Part shown: piece after piece, positions 31,451 to 41,238 of the stretch
How the letters are laid out: each line of letters begins with the position of its first letter
Numbering within the stretch: position 1 is the stretch's first letter
Assembly (NCBI GenBank): GCA_963737155.1
Contig: CAVTRN010000002.1
Coordinates: 928,001-992,000 of the forward strand
Direction of reading: 5' to 3'
DNA: 64,000 bases
Source: Nitrospirota bacterium
Lineage (GTDB): Bacteria; Nitrospirota; UBA9217
Notes under the pieces: model-generated
Databases searched by the model: none
What the model saw: only the letters and a program-made list of their open reading frames with translations
Told to the model about the DNA's origin: nothing
Made by a program: the position numbers and the translations under genes

Positions 31451-32788
31451 TCATTTCCCCCCTGCTGCCGGAGCTGGCGATGTTTCCTTGGGCCAGACGT
31501 TTGCAGCCTTTTTACGGTCATAGGAGAATTTCTGATGGCAACCCGGCGCGCAGCTGCCGCCGTTCTCGGTTTTTTTGAAATTCAAGGGGAGATGCCACTT
31601 TCCGAAGACTACGTAGTTCTGGATCAGTCTAGGGTTCTCGCCGGCATGTACAGCATGACAGACCCGGCATGCTTTGCCGCGGTCTTGCCTGTTGACGTGA
31701 AGGTAATGTAGATTTCTATCCCCATCGCGGAACCCTGTTGCAAACTGGGTTGTGGGAAACCTGAGCAGATCGCGGTTGTGACAGCTGAAGCAAAGCGGGA
31801 AATCAGTGTCGTTATAGGAAACATAGAAATCGGTCGAGTAGGGTTTTATCAGGAGCTTGTCATTCGGCGTGCCATGGGGGTTGTGGCAGGCAGTGCACTT
31901 CCCTTCCTTGATCGGGCCGTGGAGCACAGTATCAGTCTTCGCGATGAGATCCTTGTGGCAGCCGAGGCAGAGGTCTTTAATGGATTTCGGCAGGAGCTTG
32001 GGCGCATCGCTGGCATGGGGATCATGACAGGTCGCGCAGCCCCGCTGTGATTTAATGGGCGGGTGAATAAATTTGGCCGTTTTGAGCGCGTCCTGTATGT
32101 CGGAATGGCACTGGTAGCAAAGCGCCGCTCCTTCCGCGGCGAGGAATCTTTTATAGGGGGATCCATGCGGATTATGACAGGCTTCGCAGCCCATGTCCAG
32201 GGCTGGATGCTTCACGGCTTTTTTCTTGATTTCATCCTGCATATCGACATGGCACGTGAAGCAGAGGTCGGGGGTCGTTTTCACGACCAGGTGCTCGTTG
32301 TCCGATTCATGGGGATTGTGGCAGTCTGTACAGTCGCCGGTGGCCGCCGGGCCGTGCACATACTTGAAGTCAACCTTATCGGGGTGGCAGGAAGTGCAAA
32401 GATCCTTGAGAGGTTGAACCAGGAGCTTCGGCTGTGCCGAATCATGCGGGTTATGGCAGGTCGTGCACTGTCCGTCTTTTACCGGCGGATGGATGTGTTT
32501 CTTGGTCCCGAACTTGTCATGGCATTGATAGCATAAAGCGGGGACCTCATCAACGAGTTTGAACGTTTTCACGTTTTTCTGCGGATGCGGTGTTTTGATT
32601 GACTGGTGGCAGGTGTCGCAAGGCTCCGCCGCAGGATGGATATCTTTGGTCTTCAGCATGTCTGCATGGCACTTATTAGTCACGCAGCCCGGGGGCGCCG
32701 CGGCGGTATCGCCCTGTGCGCGATGAAGATTCAGGGAAAACATAGTTATCAGAACAATCAGGCTTGAAACAAATAATGTTTTTTTCAT
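31451..32788 (-). CDS. High-heme periplasmic cytochrome c (13 CxxCH plus 2 non-canonical motifs)
   Basis: Repeated H.P...G.CxxCHxPH..LCxxCH units; CVTNKCH and CAPGCH at the ends. Confidence 0.92.
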   Translation of the reverse strand: MKKTLFVSSLIVLITMFSLNLHRAQGDTAAAPPGCVTNKCHADMLKTKDIHPAAEPCDTCHQSIKTPHPQKNVKTFKLVDEVPALCYQCHDKFGTKKHIHPPVKDGQCTTCHNPHDSAQPKLLVQPLKDLCTSCHPDKVDFKYVHGPAATGDCTDCHNPHESDNEHLVVKTTPDLCFTCHVDMQDEIKKKAVKHPALDMGCEACHNPHGSPYKRFLAAEGAALCYQCHSDIQDALKTAKFIHPPIKSQRGCATCHDPHASDAPKLLPKSIKDLCLGCHKDLIAKTDTVLHGPIKEGKCTACHNPHGTPNDKLLIKPYSTDFYVSYNDTDFPLCFSCHNRDLLRFPTTQFATGFRDGDRNLHYLHVNRQDRGKACRVCHAVHAGENPRLIQNYVVFGKWHLPLNFKKTENGGSCAPGCHQKFSYDRKKAANVWPKETSPAPAAGGK

Positions 32789-33206
32789 GGTTTTCTGGCC
32801 TTCAACGAATAATGTTGCTCCTTTTTGAAATGGTAGGATCGTATCGAAAATAGTCCGAAGTCGCTAGTTAGCCGTTCAGCGCGAAGAGAAGAGCCACTTG
32901 TATCTGATTCGGAAGGAGACTCTGAGACTCTTACAGTATTGGAGCTTGCCCTGAACAATATTTTTACTTCGCCGCGCTCAGCGCAGAATAATGATGAAAG
33001 GGTCTAAATGACAGTTTTTGCAGAGAAGCTTTGGACGTATCGCACTGACGAGCGTGATTGCCGGAGGTTGGTGGTCCTGACTGCATTGTCTGCCCGAACT
33101 GTCGGATAATTATACGGTAAATCCCGTTTCGATTCAAGCAAAAAGAAAGTAAAAAAACGCAACGGGCCAGCCTCGATATAACTTCCCCGGAATACAAATG
33201 CCGGCT

Positions 33207-33854
33207 TTAGAGAGAATATTTCTCCAATTTCTCCAGCACTTTTATATGCAGGAATTCAGACGGAACAATACGGAATTCCACAATATTGATGTTTCCTCCC
33301 TGGGGATTTGCCGGTTGAGCTGCACTCACAAAAAAGGCGGGATACCATGCCTTGAGTTCGGGTTCCCCCTGTGCCATAGCGTCCTGAATGAAATCAGTCA
33401 CCAATTGCGCCTTCATTCTTTCCACGGCAGTGGCTTCGTGCAGGTCGGTGGAGGGGTAGTGGGCTATGATCAGGATGAGACTTATATTAGACCTTGTATT
33501 AGGATCTTTCATAAGAGACAAGAATATATGTGCGAGTTTGTCCAAGTCGGCTTTCGCGGAGGCCTTTACCATGCCGTTCCCATCAAATAGCAGCGACCTA
33601 TCCAGGAGAATGGAGCTTGACCTGACTTTTATTCCTTGCATGGAGTCTGTCCCAAACTCCTTCTGGAAAGTCTGGTTGATATTCTTCGCGAATTCATTTC
33701 TCGGCTGGGAAAGGGCAAGCGCCGGTTCCAGAAACCGCTGTATCTTGATTGCCCGATAATAGGTGAGGGCGCTCAGTATTACCAGACCGACAAGCAGTAG
33801 ATTGAGAACGGGGCCCGCCGGCGGCGCGTATCTCCATAAGGATTTGTCGGTCAT
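33207..33854 (-). CDS. Single-TM protein with a degenerate MotB/OmpA-like C-terminal domain
   Basis: N-terminal TM, then LLFD..G.VK..AK..LDKLA, ILIIAH, and terminal IVEFRI, resembling OmpA-C without the GHTD/RA residues. Confidence 0.5.
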   Translation of the reverse strand: MTDKSLWRYAPPAGPVLNLLLVGLVILSALTYYRAIKIQRFLEPALALSQPRNEFAKNINQTFQKEFGTDSMQGIKVRSSSILLDRSLLFDGNGMVKASAKADLDKLAHIFLSLMKDPNTRSNISLILIIAHYPSTDLHEATAVERMKAQLVTDFIQDAMAQGEPELKAWYPAFFVSAAQPANPQGGNINIVEFRIVPSEFLHIKVLEKLEKYSL

Positions 33855-34741
33855 GCCGCTGACTCCTCCAGCAGGTCAATTTTTTTTTCCGCTGTTTTGA
33901 AGTCTCCTTCGCTGATGCCGGCCGGCTGATGGATGGCCTTGTTCCTCAGTCCCAACAGGTCGCTGAACAATTCCTTTCTGAAATGGCTGATGCGGCGCTG
34001 CTGATCCATCTCTTTCAGACAATCGGACAATATCGGGAATGTTCGTCCGATTGTGCGGGAGGTGAATGCACGCAGACGATTTTCAATATGATAGCCGAGC
34101 AGGAGTGAAGCGACGACCTTTTCCCCGGATCTGTAATATTCCAATGCTTGTTCAACGGACACGTCGCCCTTGACAATACGGATGTTTTCCCGCGACTCCC
34201 GTTCGCCGGGTGCGAGCTGCTGTATTTTCTGATATACTTCCAGGCATTTATCGAGCATGTTCTGCTCAAGATAGGATTCCGCCAGGAGAAAGAGCTCTCG
34301 GATGCTGTCTCTGCCCTCGCGCTGCTGGAGGGCAAATGTATAGGCGCGCCGGATGGCCTCCGTCTTGTCGTCTTTCTTGTCGAGCACGTCGAAATGCCTG
34401 GCCCAGCGCTTGCCTTTCAGCACATTGTCCTTGGTGAAACGGAATAAGCGCTCCGAAACTTCGCTCTTGTCGAGCTTGCCGCTGATGACGATGATGTTCA
34501 GCGTAGGATGGGTATCAAAGAGCTCGGGGAGGGCATCAATTCCTTCCGTCATACGGTCAAACTCAATATCGAGCGTCATGAGATCGAACAACTGGGCTGT
34601 CAGCGCCTTGAGTGCGTCCCGAACGCTGACTGCCTCATGAAAACGCAGATCCGGTTCGTCCTTGCCGATGGCACGCTGGATTTCGAGCTTCAGGAGCTCC
34701 CGGTCCTCGAAGTCGTCATCGGCTAGCAATATCTTAAACAT
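33851..34741 (-). CDS. Response regulator: REC, TPR and HEPN/DUF4145-like domain
   Basis: LLADDD and LMTLD receiver; TPR-like AESYL..CLEVYQKI.QL.P; IENRLR and LRNKAIH (RX4H). Confidence 0.7.
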   Translation of the reverse strand: MFKILLADDDFEDRELLKLEIQRAIGKDEPDLRFHEAVSVRDALKALTAQLFDLMTLDIEFDRMTEGIDALPELFDTHPTLNIIVISGKLDKSEVSERLFRFTKDNVLKGKRWARHFDVLDKKDDKTEAIRRAYTFALQQREGRDSIRELFLLAESYLEQNMLDKCLEVYQKIQQLAPGERESRENIRIVKGDVSVEQALEYYRSGEKVVASLLLGYHIENRLRAFTSRTIGRTFPILSDCLKEMDQQRRISHFRKELFSDLLGLRNKAIHQPAGISEGDFKTAEKKIDLLEESAA

Positions 34742-35777
34742 CCGGTGCCTCCTCCACGAAGGGAAGATTGATTATAATCTCCGTGCCCGCTCCAGGAGCC
34801 GTATATTCCTTGCCGACCCTGATCCGTCCGGCATGAAGCCCGATGACGTATTTGGCGAAATAAAGTCCCTGGCCCCAGTTTTCACCGGACTGCTTCCCCT
34901 TGTAAAAACACTGGTCCGCCTGCTGCTCATCCATTCCCACTCCCTCGTCCCGGACCGAAACCGTAACGTAACGTCTGCTTCCGTCCCTGTCTATGGAGCA
35001 GGAAACAACAACACGCGCCCGGTGTTCGCCCGGCTTCCGGTACTTGATGGCGTTGTCGATGACATTTTCGAAGACAGTTTTCAGCAGCGGGGGGGCGGCG
35101 TAGATCATGGGAAGCGATAAGCTTTTTTGAATCGTTATCTCAGCAAGATCGCTGTATTGGTCCGTGAGATCGTCGAGCAGTACCCTGATGTCGGTTTTCT
35201 TGAAATCTATGAGGCCGGCCTCCCGCTCATCGGAAATTTTCTTGAAAATATCGATATCGGCGAATAGTTTTTCGAGGTTGCCATCGATGCGCTCCCTGGA
35301 ATCTGCAGGGAGGCCGGGGAGCAGATCGATCCGCCGTTTGATCCTTCCAAGATTGTTTTTGAACTCATGGCCGATGGTAGCTGATATATAGCGGATAAAT
35401 TCGTTTCGCCGCGCGATTTCCTGGTTTTTCAGGAGCAGGAACATGTTTTCCCTGGCTCTTCGCTGCTTTTGCTGGTAGATGACGGACAGGTACATGATGA
35501 ACGATGCAAAGGATACGACCATGGTTGTAAAGGCGTAATTGGATATCCTGACTGAAGCGTTCAGCTGGTCCTGCATGCTGGCGAGCCGCATGTCGATGGT
35601 CGCCTCCTGAGCGATGGGGGCCTTCCACGGCATCAGCAGCAACTCCAGCCGATCAAAGGGCGGGATGAACCGGTTTGTGTAGACCATGCCCAGAATCAGC
35701 CAGATTATGACCATCAGGGCCGTTAATGCCAGCAGTTTGATCCGGCCGGCGGGGTTTGATCGCCAATCGCTGTCCAT
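34734..35777 (-). CDS. Membrane sensor histidine kinase
   Basis: Two TMs, GHEFKNNL, NVIDNAIKY, DEGVG, WGQGLY. Confidence 0.88.
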   Translation of the reverse strand: MDSDWRSNPAGRIKLLALTALMVIIWLILGMVYTNRFIPPFDRLELLLMPWKAPIAQEATIDMRLASMQDQLNASVRISNYAFTTMVVSFASFIMYLSVIYQQKQRRARENMFLLLKNQEIARRNEFIRYISATIGHEFKNNLGRIKRRIDLLPGLPADSRERIDGNLEKLFADIDIFKKISDEREAGLIDFKKTDIRVLLDDLTDQYSDLAEITIQKSLSLPMIYAAPPLLKTVFENVIDNAIKYRKPGEHRARVVVSCSIDRDGSRRYVTVSVRDEGVGMDEQQADQCFYKGKQSGENWGQGLYFAKYVIGLHAGRIRVGKEYTAPGAGTEIIINLPFVEEAPDV

Positions 35778-35902
35778 GGTTAAATGTATTACAACAATAA
35801 ATTTTTTACAATATAAAAAATAGATCGGTAACGATATAACGCAAAGAGAAGGGATGCCTGGCCAAAAAAGGGCTAGGGCGGGGATGTTCTGTTATGGATG
35901 AT

Positions 35903-37129
35903 TCACACATCTTTTTTTTCTCGAGTTTCCGAAAAGTATCCCACATCCGGGTGTTCCAGGAGGGGGAGTATCTGCGGTTTTTTTACCTCGCCGCGCAGTT
36001 CACGGAACAGCAGGTTGAAAAAGGTTCTGGTTATCTTTTCGTCGAACTGTGTGCCGCAGCACTTCATGACTTCATCGAAGGTTTTGTCGAGCCCCAACTT
36101 GTTACGGTAAGGCCGGTCCGTGGTCATGGCGTCGAAGGCATCGACCAGCGAAAGGATCTTGACTCCCTCGCTCAGTTCCGCTGCCCGGAGCGCATCGGGA
36201 TAGCCTTTTCCGTCAAGCCGCTCGTGATGGTGACGAGCGAAATCATCGATGTCCTTCCAGGGGAACTTGACTTTTGAAAGAATATCGTAGGATACCCGGG
36301 GATGTTTTCTTATTTCATTGACCTCTCCGTCTGTCAGTTTTTCGCCCTTTATTATGACTTTTGTGTCAACAACAATTTTACCGATATCATGGAGCAGACC
36401 AGCAATATATATTCCCTCCACATCTCTCTTTTTCCAGCCAAGTTCCTTCGCGATTGCAACAGCGTAACTGGCGACCCGGTAGGAATGGTCTTTGGTATAC
36501 CCGTCCTTGGCATCGATGGCGGCCGCGAATGCCTGAATAGTATCATGGTATATTCGCTGCATATTTTTATAGAGCCGCCTGTTTTCTTCTGCTTTCTTTG
36601 CCAGTTCTAAAAACAGATGCGCATTGTGAAGCGTTATAGCCATTTGGTGTGCGATGATCCGCAGGACATCTTTTTCTCCCTGCCGATAGGGCACGCCACC
36701 AAGCTTGCGGCCGAGCGTAAGAGCGCCGACGAATTCCTCTTTCGCGAAAAGAGGAAGAAACACCTTGGCCTTCAATTTGGCAAAGGCCTCCCGGTTATGC
36801 CTGAAAAACGCGGTGCTCGCCATGTCGCGGATCATGTGAGGATCATTCATGGTAAACTGTTTGATATGCTGCGTCTGGGCGCTCAGCCTGATTTTCTGAA
36901 GGTTGCGGCGGTCCCGTGTCCCTTTTCCGACAAGGAGGTCAAGTTCCTTTCGCACGGGGTGGTATACGAACAGGGCTGCCATGGGTACGGAAAGGGTTCC
37001 CGTAATGACATAGAGGGCGGCTTTCATTTTCGCTGAAAGGTCCTTCGAAGAGGTTGCCTCCTGCCCTAGATCAATCAAAGAGTCGATACTGAACATGAGG
37101 CGTTTCAGATGCAGGTTCCTTACGGCCAT
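35903..37129 (-). CDS. GAF plus HD-GYP cyclic-dinucleotide phosphodiesterase
   Basis: HS.RV, LLHDIGK, HHERLDGKGYP, DAFDAMTTDRPYR. Confidence 0.92.
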   Translation of the reverse strand: MAVRNLHLKRLMFSIDSLIDLGQEATSSKDLSAKMKAALYVITGTLSVPMAALFVYHPVRKELDLLVGKGTRDRRNLQKIRLSAQTQHIKQFTMNDPHMIRDMASTAFFRHNREAFAKLKAKVFLPLFAKEEFVGALTLGRKLGGVPYRQGEKDVLRIIAHQMAITLHNAHLFLELAKKAEENRRLYKNMQRIYHDTIQAFAAAIDAKDGYTKDHSYRVASYAVAIAKELGWKKRDVEGIYIAGLLHDIGKIVVDTKVIIKGEKLTDGEVNEIRKHPRVSYDILSKVKFPWKDIDDFARHHHERLDGKGYPDALRAAELSEGVKILSLVDAFDAMTTDRPYRNKLGLDKTFDEVMKCCGTQFDEKITRTFFNLLFRELRGEVKKPQILPLLEHPDVGYFSETREKKDV

Positions 37130-37130
37130 A

Positions 37131-37484
37131 TCAACCTCTTTTGCTCAAATAGCTGAAAGCGTCGTTTTCGTCCTTGAAAACTTTTACATATTTCATCAAG
37201 CCCGCCATTTCGAAGATCTCCCGATGGTCTCTCTTCATATTGGTGAAGCAGAGCAAACTGTGGTAATCCAGGGTCTTCTGCACCATGCCTAGGAATATGG
37301 AAAGGCCGATGGTGTTGATGAACTGGACGCCGGAAAAGTTCACGATGAGCTTCCTGATGCCATTGCCCAGAAATTGCTCGCTTGCAAGCTCGAGGGTCTC
37401 TGCTCCGATGTTGTTGATGTATCCCTTCGGCTCCATGATGGCGATATCCTGCTCGGATTTTGATGATAAGGAAAAATTACTCAC
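37131..37484 (-). CDS. STAS-domain anti-sigma antagonist (RsbV/SpoIIAA-like)
   Basis: 117 aa; KLIVNFSGVQFINTIGLS, with Thr at the usual phospho-Ser position. Confidence 0.88.
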   Translation of the reverse strand: MSNFSLSSKSEQDIAIMEPKGYINNIGAETLELASEQFLGNGIRKLIVNFSGVQFINTIGLSIFLGMVQKTLDYHSLLCFTNMKRDHREIFEMAGLMKYVKVFKDENDAFSYLSKRG

Positions 37485-39150
37485 GGTTCGTCATATCCTC
37501 CCTGGGGATGGCTGCAGACTTCTCGATTTTTTTAATCAGAACTACCTTTGTGCCGAGAGCGGTCTTCTCAAACGTGACCTCATCGGCAAAGCGCTTTATC
37601 AGCTTGATGCCCCAGCCTCTCTTCGGCGCATTACCAGCGTTATGATCATGGACTGGTTCACCGGTTTCCTGAACGATGAATTCGTGCCCTGCGCTTTCCA
37701 CGGAAACCTCTATCCGGCCCCCGTCGACGGTGATGCCGACATAGACCTTTTTCCCGATGCCCTGCCCGTGCTCCATCGCGTTGATGCAGGCCTCGATGAC
37801 TGCAATCTGTAACTGGCCGATGGCGTCCTGGTCCAGGTGGAAATTCTTTCCTATCTGGTCAAGGCATTGGGCCGCGATGAGCTCCGCCTCCTTGACCATC
37901 GGAAGCGTCATGTCGAAGTGGACGAGGTGTTCCTTTTGCGGCAGAAGCCGTTCAAGGAAATCCTTTTCCAGGTCATAAGAGGGCTTTGCGAGGATCTCTC
38001 GCATGTAGAGGTTGTCGATTATATCCAGCAGTACCCGGTCATCCATCGCCCTGAACAGGCCGAATTCACCTCGCAGGAAACCAGCGAGGTACAGGGCGTT
38101 CACGACGGCACTTGCCTGACTGTCGGTCATTGAAAAGGATTTCGCGATTTGTTCGCACGAAAGGGCATCGGAGGAGTGATAGATTTTATAGAGCAGTGTA
38201 AGGGCTGTTTTTCTCCGGCTGAGATCGGGCAGATAGCCCTTCAGGACTGAAGACCAGAACAGGGAAAGGGCCCCGTCCATGACCTCCCTGATGTAGGCGC
38301 CCCAGAAGTCCTTCTCGTCGGGATTGTGCTTCGCGCAGGCCCTGGTGACAACGCGGCCCAGGTAAAAGGGGTTGCCCCCCAGATGGCGCAGAAGGAGAGG
38401 CGGCGCACTGATACCTTCCGATCCGTAATCCTGGAGTAGCGAAAGAATGCGTGACGAGGTTGCCTCCGGTCCGAGGGGCTGAATGGCCATGCGCTCAAGG
38501 TCATTCACGACGGAAATTTCCTGGAGCTCGGCCATGTTCCCCGCGATGACGTAGGGCGTTTTCCTTTGGGAAACCGGCTCCTCGAAAAGGGCGACCAGGC
38601 GCTGCTCGGGGAAGCCGTCGCGATGGAGACCCGCCAGCCGGTGAAAATCATCGATCAGAACGGCAACCGGCATTCCCGTAGACAGCGCCGAGCGGTGCGG
38701 AGCATTAAGCGCTATGCGGAGTCCGCCTACAGGATCAGCGGATCCCTGCCTGTACTCGTCGAGCAGATCTCTTGCCCAGTAAGCTTCCTGCTCTTCGGCA
38801 AGCACGGAAAGGTCCTCGATTGTTATTCCGTCGCGGTACAGCAGGGCCTGCTCCTTTTTTTGGAAAGCCAATCTCTGGCAGATGAACCGGGTCAGATAGC
38901 TTCTGGAAAAAACAGATGCGGATAGCAGCGCGGAGCTGGCCAAGTAGAAAAAAGGCGCCACCCGGTTCTGTTTCCAGAACAGCTGGCTGAAGAGATGCTT
39001 GAGAAGTTCCGTCTTTCCGATGCCCCGGGGGCCGGACAGAACAATGCTCTGAGCCAGGCCAGCATCCGCTTGGAGGGCCCGTTTGAGGAGGCTGGCCAGC
39101 TCATCCTGCCTTCCTGAAAAATCTTTTTCCTGGAGCGAACTGAACGACAT
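37477..39150 (-). CDS. P-loop ATPase (AAA_16/STAND-like) fused to a C-terminal RsbW-like Ser/Thr kinase
   Basis: FSGRQDEL, Walker A GPRGIGKT, Walker B VLIDD, GGNPFYL; C-terminal EACINAMEHG and RGWGIKLI. Confidence 0.82.
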   Translation of the reverse strand: MSFSSLQEKDFSGRQDELASLLKRALQADAGLAQSIVLSGPRGIGKTELLKHLFSQLFWKQNRVAPFFYLASSALLSASVFSRSYLTRFICQRLAFQKKEQALLYRDGITIEDLSVLAEEQEAYWARDLLDEYRQGSADPVGGLRIALNAPHRSALSTGMPVAVLIDDFHRLAGLHRDGFPEQRLVALFEEPVSQRKTPYVIAGNMAELQEISVVNDLERMAIQPLGPEATSSRILSLLQDYGSEGISAPPLLLRHLGGNPFYLGRVVTRACAKHNPDEKDFWGAYIREVMDGALSLFWSSVLKGYLPDLSRRKTALTLLYKIYHSSDALSCEQIAKSFSMTDSQASAVVNALYLAGFLRGEFGLFRAMDDRVLLDIIDNLYMREILAKPSYDLEKDFLERLLPQKEHLVHFDMTLPMVKEAELIAAQCLDQIGKNFHLDQDAIGQLQIAVIEACINAMEHGQGIGKKVYVGITVDGGRIEVSVESAGHEFIVQETGEPVHDHNAGNAPKRGWGIKLIKRFADEVTFEKTALGTKVVLIKKIEKSAAIPREDMTNRE

Positions 39151-39151
39151 A

Positions 39152-41179
39152 TTAGGAGAAGACCTCTATCCGGTTTTTGCCGCTGTTCTTGGCTCGATAC
39201 AGCGCCTTGTCGACATTTTCAAGAAGGAGTTCCACCGTTTTCCCATGCTCTGGATAACAGACAACGCCGATGCTGGCCGTGAGGGAAAGCGGTTCTGCCG
39301 CGGATTCATCCCGGGGCAGCAGCACATTCTTTATTACATTGGTCCTCAAGCGCTCCGCGATATCGGTTGCAAGCGGCTCACGGGTTTCCGGCAGAATGAT
39401 CATGAATTCATCTCCTCCGTACCGGGCCACGATATCCATTGATCGGACGGTATTGAACAAGGTATCCGCAATGTTTTTCAGTATCTTATCGCCGAAGAGA
39501 TGTCCCAAAGAGTCATTGCAGGCTTTGAAGCCGTCCAGGTCCACCATGAGCAGGCTGAGATGGTGACCAGTGCGTATGGAACGGGCTAATTCGACTTTCA
39601 GCCTTTCGTAGAGGTACCGCCGGTTCAGGAGGCCTGTCAGGGGATCCGTGATCGTCAGTTTCTTGAGCTCCTCCCTTTGGTTGAAGAAGACGTTCCGCTC
39701 CATGACTATCGCCGCATGGGTCGCAAAGGACTGAATGAGCTTCATATCCTCGTCATCGAAAACTTCACCCGTCACCTTGTCCGACAGATTGAGCACGCCG
39801 ATGATGCGGTCATCGATTTTAAGCGGCACGCTGATGAATGATGGCGTTTTATAGTGCTGCCTGTTCTTTTGATTGGTTCTTGGATCTTTTTCTACATTCC
39901 TGACCAGGATAGCTTCTCCGTTTTCAGCGACTCTTCCGGCGATTCCCTCACCGCAGTTGATCCTGAGCTTTTGAGCAATGTCGTCGCCGAGTCCTTTTTT
40001 CGCCTCAAGGAGAAGCACATTGGTTTCGTGATCGAGGAGCATCAGGGAACCCTGTTCGGCCTTCAGCAGTTCGGCGGACTTCTCCAGGATTGTCTGGAGC
40101 AGCGTCCCGTAATTATGAATCGGAGATATTGTTTTGGTTAGATCCGAAATCGTGACAAACCAGTCAAACTTTTTATTCAGGGCTTGATGCAAATGATAAT
40201 TCTCGATGAAAAGCGCAGTTTGTTTGCAGAACCCGGAAATGATCTGTATATCGTTTTCCGTGAGAGGCTGGTCGCTGACACTGAGGATGCCGGTCACGCT
40301 GTTATTAATCAAAATGGGGAAATAAAAGCCGAACCTCGTCTCCTCTTTCACCATAATGCTGTGTTCGCCGGCAGACTCGGGAAAATGAACGAACGGTTTG
40401 CCACCCTGGAGTACCTTGATAACAGGGTTCTGCGCGTTGATATTCGGCACCTTCATCTGAACTCCGCTTTTGGACAGGCCGTACAGACTGGTATAGGCGT
40501 TCAGTTTTTTATCAAACGAATAAACGGTGATCCTGTCGATGTTTAACAGCGTTGAAAGGTTGTAGAGCATGTCCTGGAAACGGTTTTCCGGCTGCTGTGC
40601 CGCGGAAGTTCCCCAGCGCGAGAAAACGCTCTTGAGACTCTCGACCTGTCTTCTCAGAATTGTGATTTCCTGCATGTTGTTAAGAAGACGATTGACAGTG
40701 CCGGCCACGAATCGGCATGTTTTCCATGCCTGCTGCGAGGTCGTGTAGGTGAGCGGTATTTTTAGAGTGACCATGTCTATGCCGCAAGAGCTCGCCAAGT
40801 CCATGCAGTTTCGGAAATCGTCATAAGTGGGAAACGATCCCTGCCCTTGGATCACGGCTTTTTCCCCCATATATTCGATCGGGAGGACAAAACTCATGAT
40901 TTTTGCATAACACTGGTAGACCTCGGGCTTTCCCGTTGAGAGGGCGTTCATGATATAGGACTGGCAGGTTGAGCTACATTGGGATTCGAAACGGGGTGAA
41001 GAGAGGTGGAAATTCTGGCAAAGGGGAGCGTCACCGAGGGAAACGAAGATCGGTTTCCCTGTTTGAGAATAGATGCTCAGAGAAAAACCGAGGCTTTCAG
41101 AAAGGGATATGAAATGTTCCCGCCATGTCTCAGTCCTGAGGATGTCCTGTAAGTGCTCCCCTGTAATAATCTCCAGCAC
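39152..41179 (-). CDS. Diguanylate cyclase: PocR-like, GAF, GAF and GGDEF domains
   Basis: DPLTGLLNRR, RSMD I-site, RYGGDEF; Cys-containing PocR-like N-terminus. Confidence 0.92.
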   Translation of the reverse strand: MLEIITGEHLQDILRTETWREHFISLSESLGFSLSIYSQTGKPIFVSLGDAPLCQNFHLSSPRFESQCSSTCQSYIMNALSTGKPEVYQCYAKIMSFVLPIEYMGEKAVIQGQGSFPTYDDFRNCMDLASSCGIDMVTLKIPLTYTTSQQAWKTCRFVAGTVNRLLNNMQEITILRRQVESLKSVFSRWGTSAAQQPENRFQDMLYNLSTLLNIDRITVYSFDKKLNAYTSLYGLSKSGVQMKVPNINAQNPVIKVLQGGKPFVHFPESAGEHSIMVKEETRFGFYFPILINNSVTGILSVSDQPLTENDIQIISGFCKQTALFIENYHLHQALNKKFDWFVTISDLTKTISPIHNYGTLLQTILEKSAELLKAEQGSLMLLDHETNVLLLEAKKGLGDDIAQKLRINCGEGIAGRVAENGEAILVRNVEKDPRTNQKNRQHYKTPSFISVPLKIDDRIIGVLNLSDKVTGEVFDDEDMKLIQSFATHAAIVMERNVFFNQREELKKLTITDPLTGLLNRRYLYERLKVELARSIRTGHHLSLLMVDLDGFKACNDSLGHLFGDKILKNIADTLFNTVRSMDIVARYGGDEFMIILPETREPLATDIAERLRTNVIKNVLLPRDESAAEPLSLTASIGVVCYPEHGKTVELLLENVDKALYRAKNSGKNRIEVFS

Positions 41180-41238
41180 GGTATCTCCGGCATCGTGAGG
41201 TATGCTTCTGATGTATGTATTTTCCTAAACTTGCCATT

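Noticed and set aside
33207-33854. Zorya defence system (ZorB-like gene)
   Set aside because: There is no ZorA/MotA partner, no TM Asp and no zorC/D/E. It is kept only as a degenerate MotB/OmpA-like protein.
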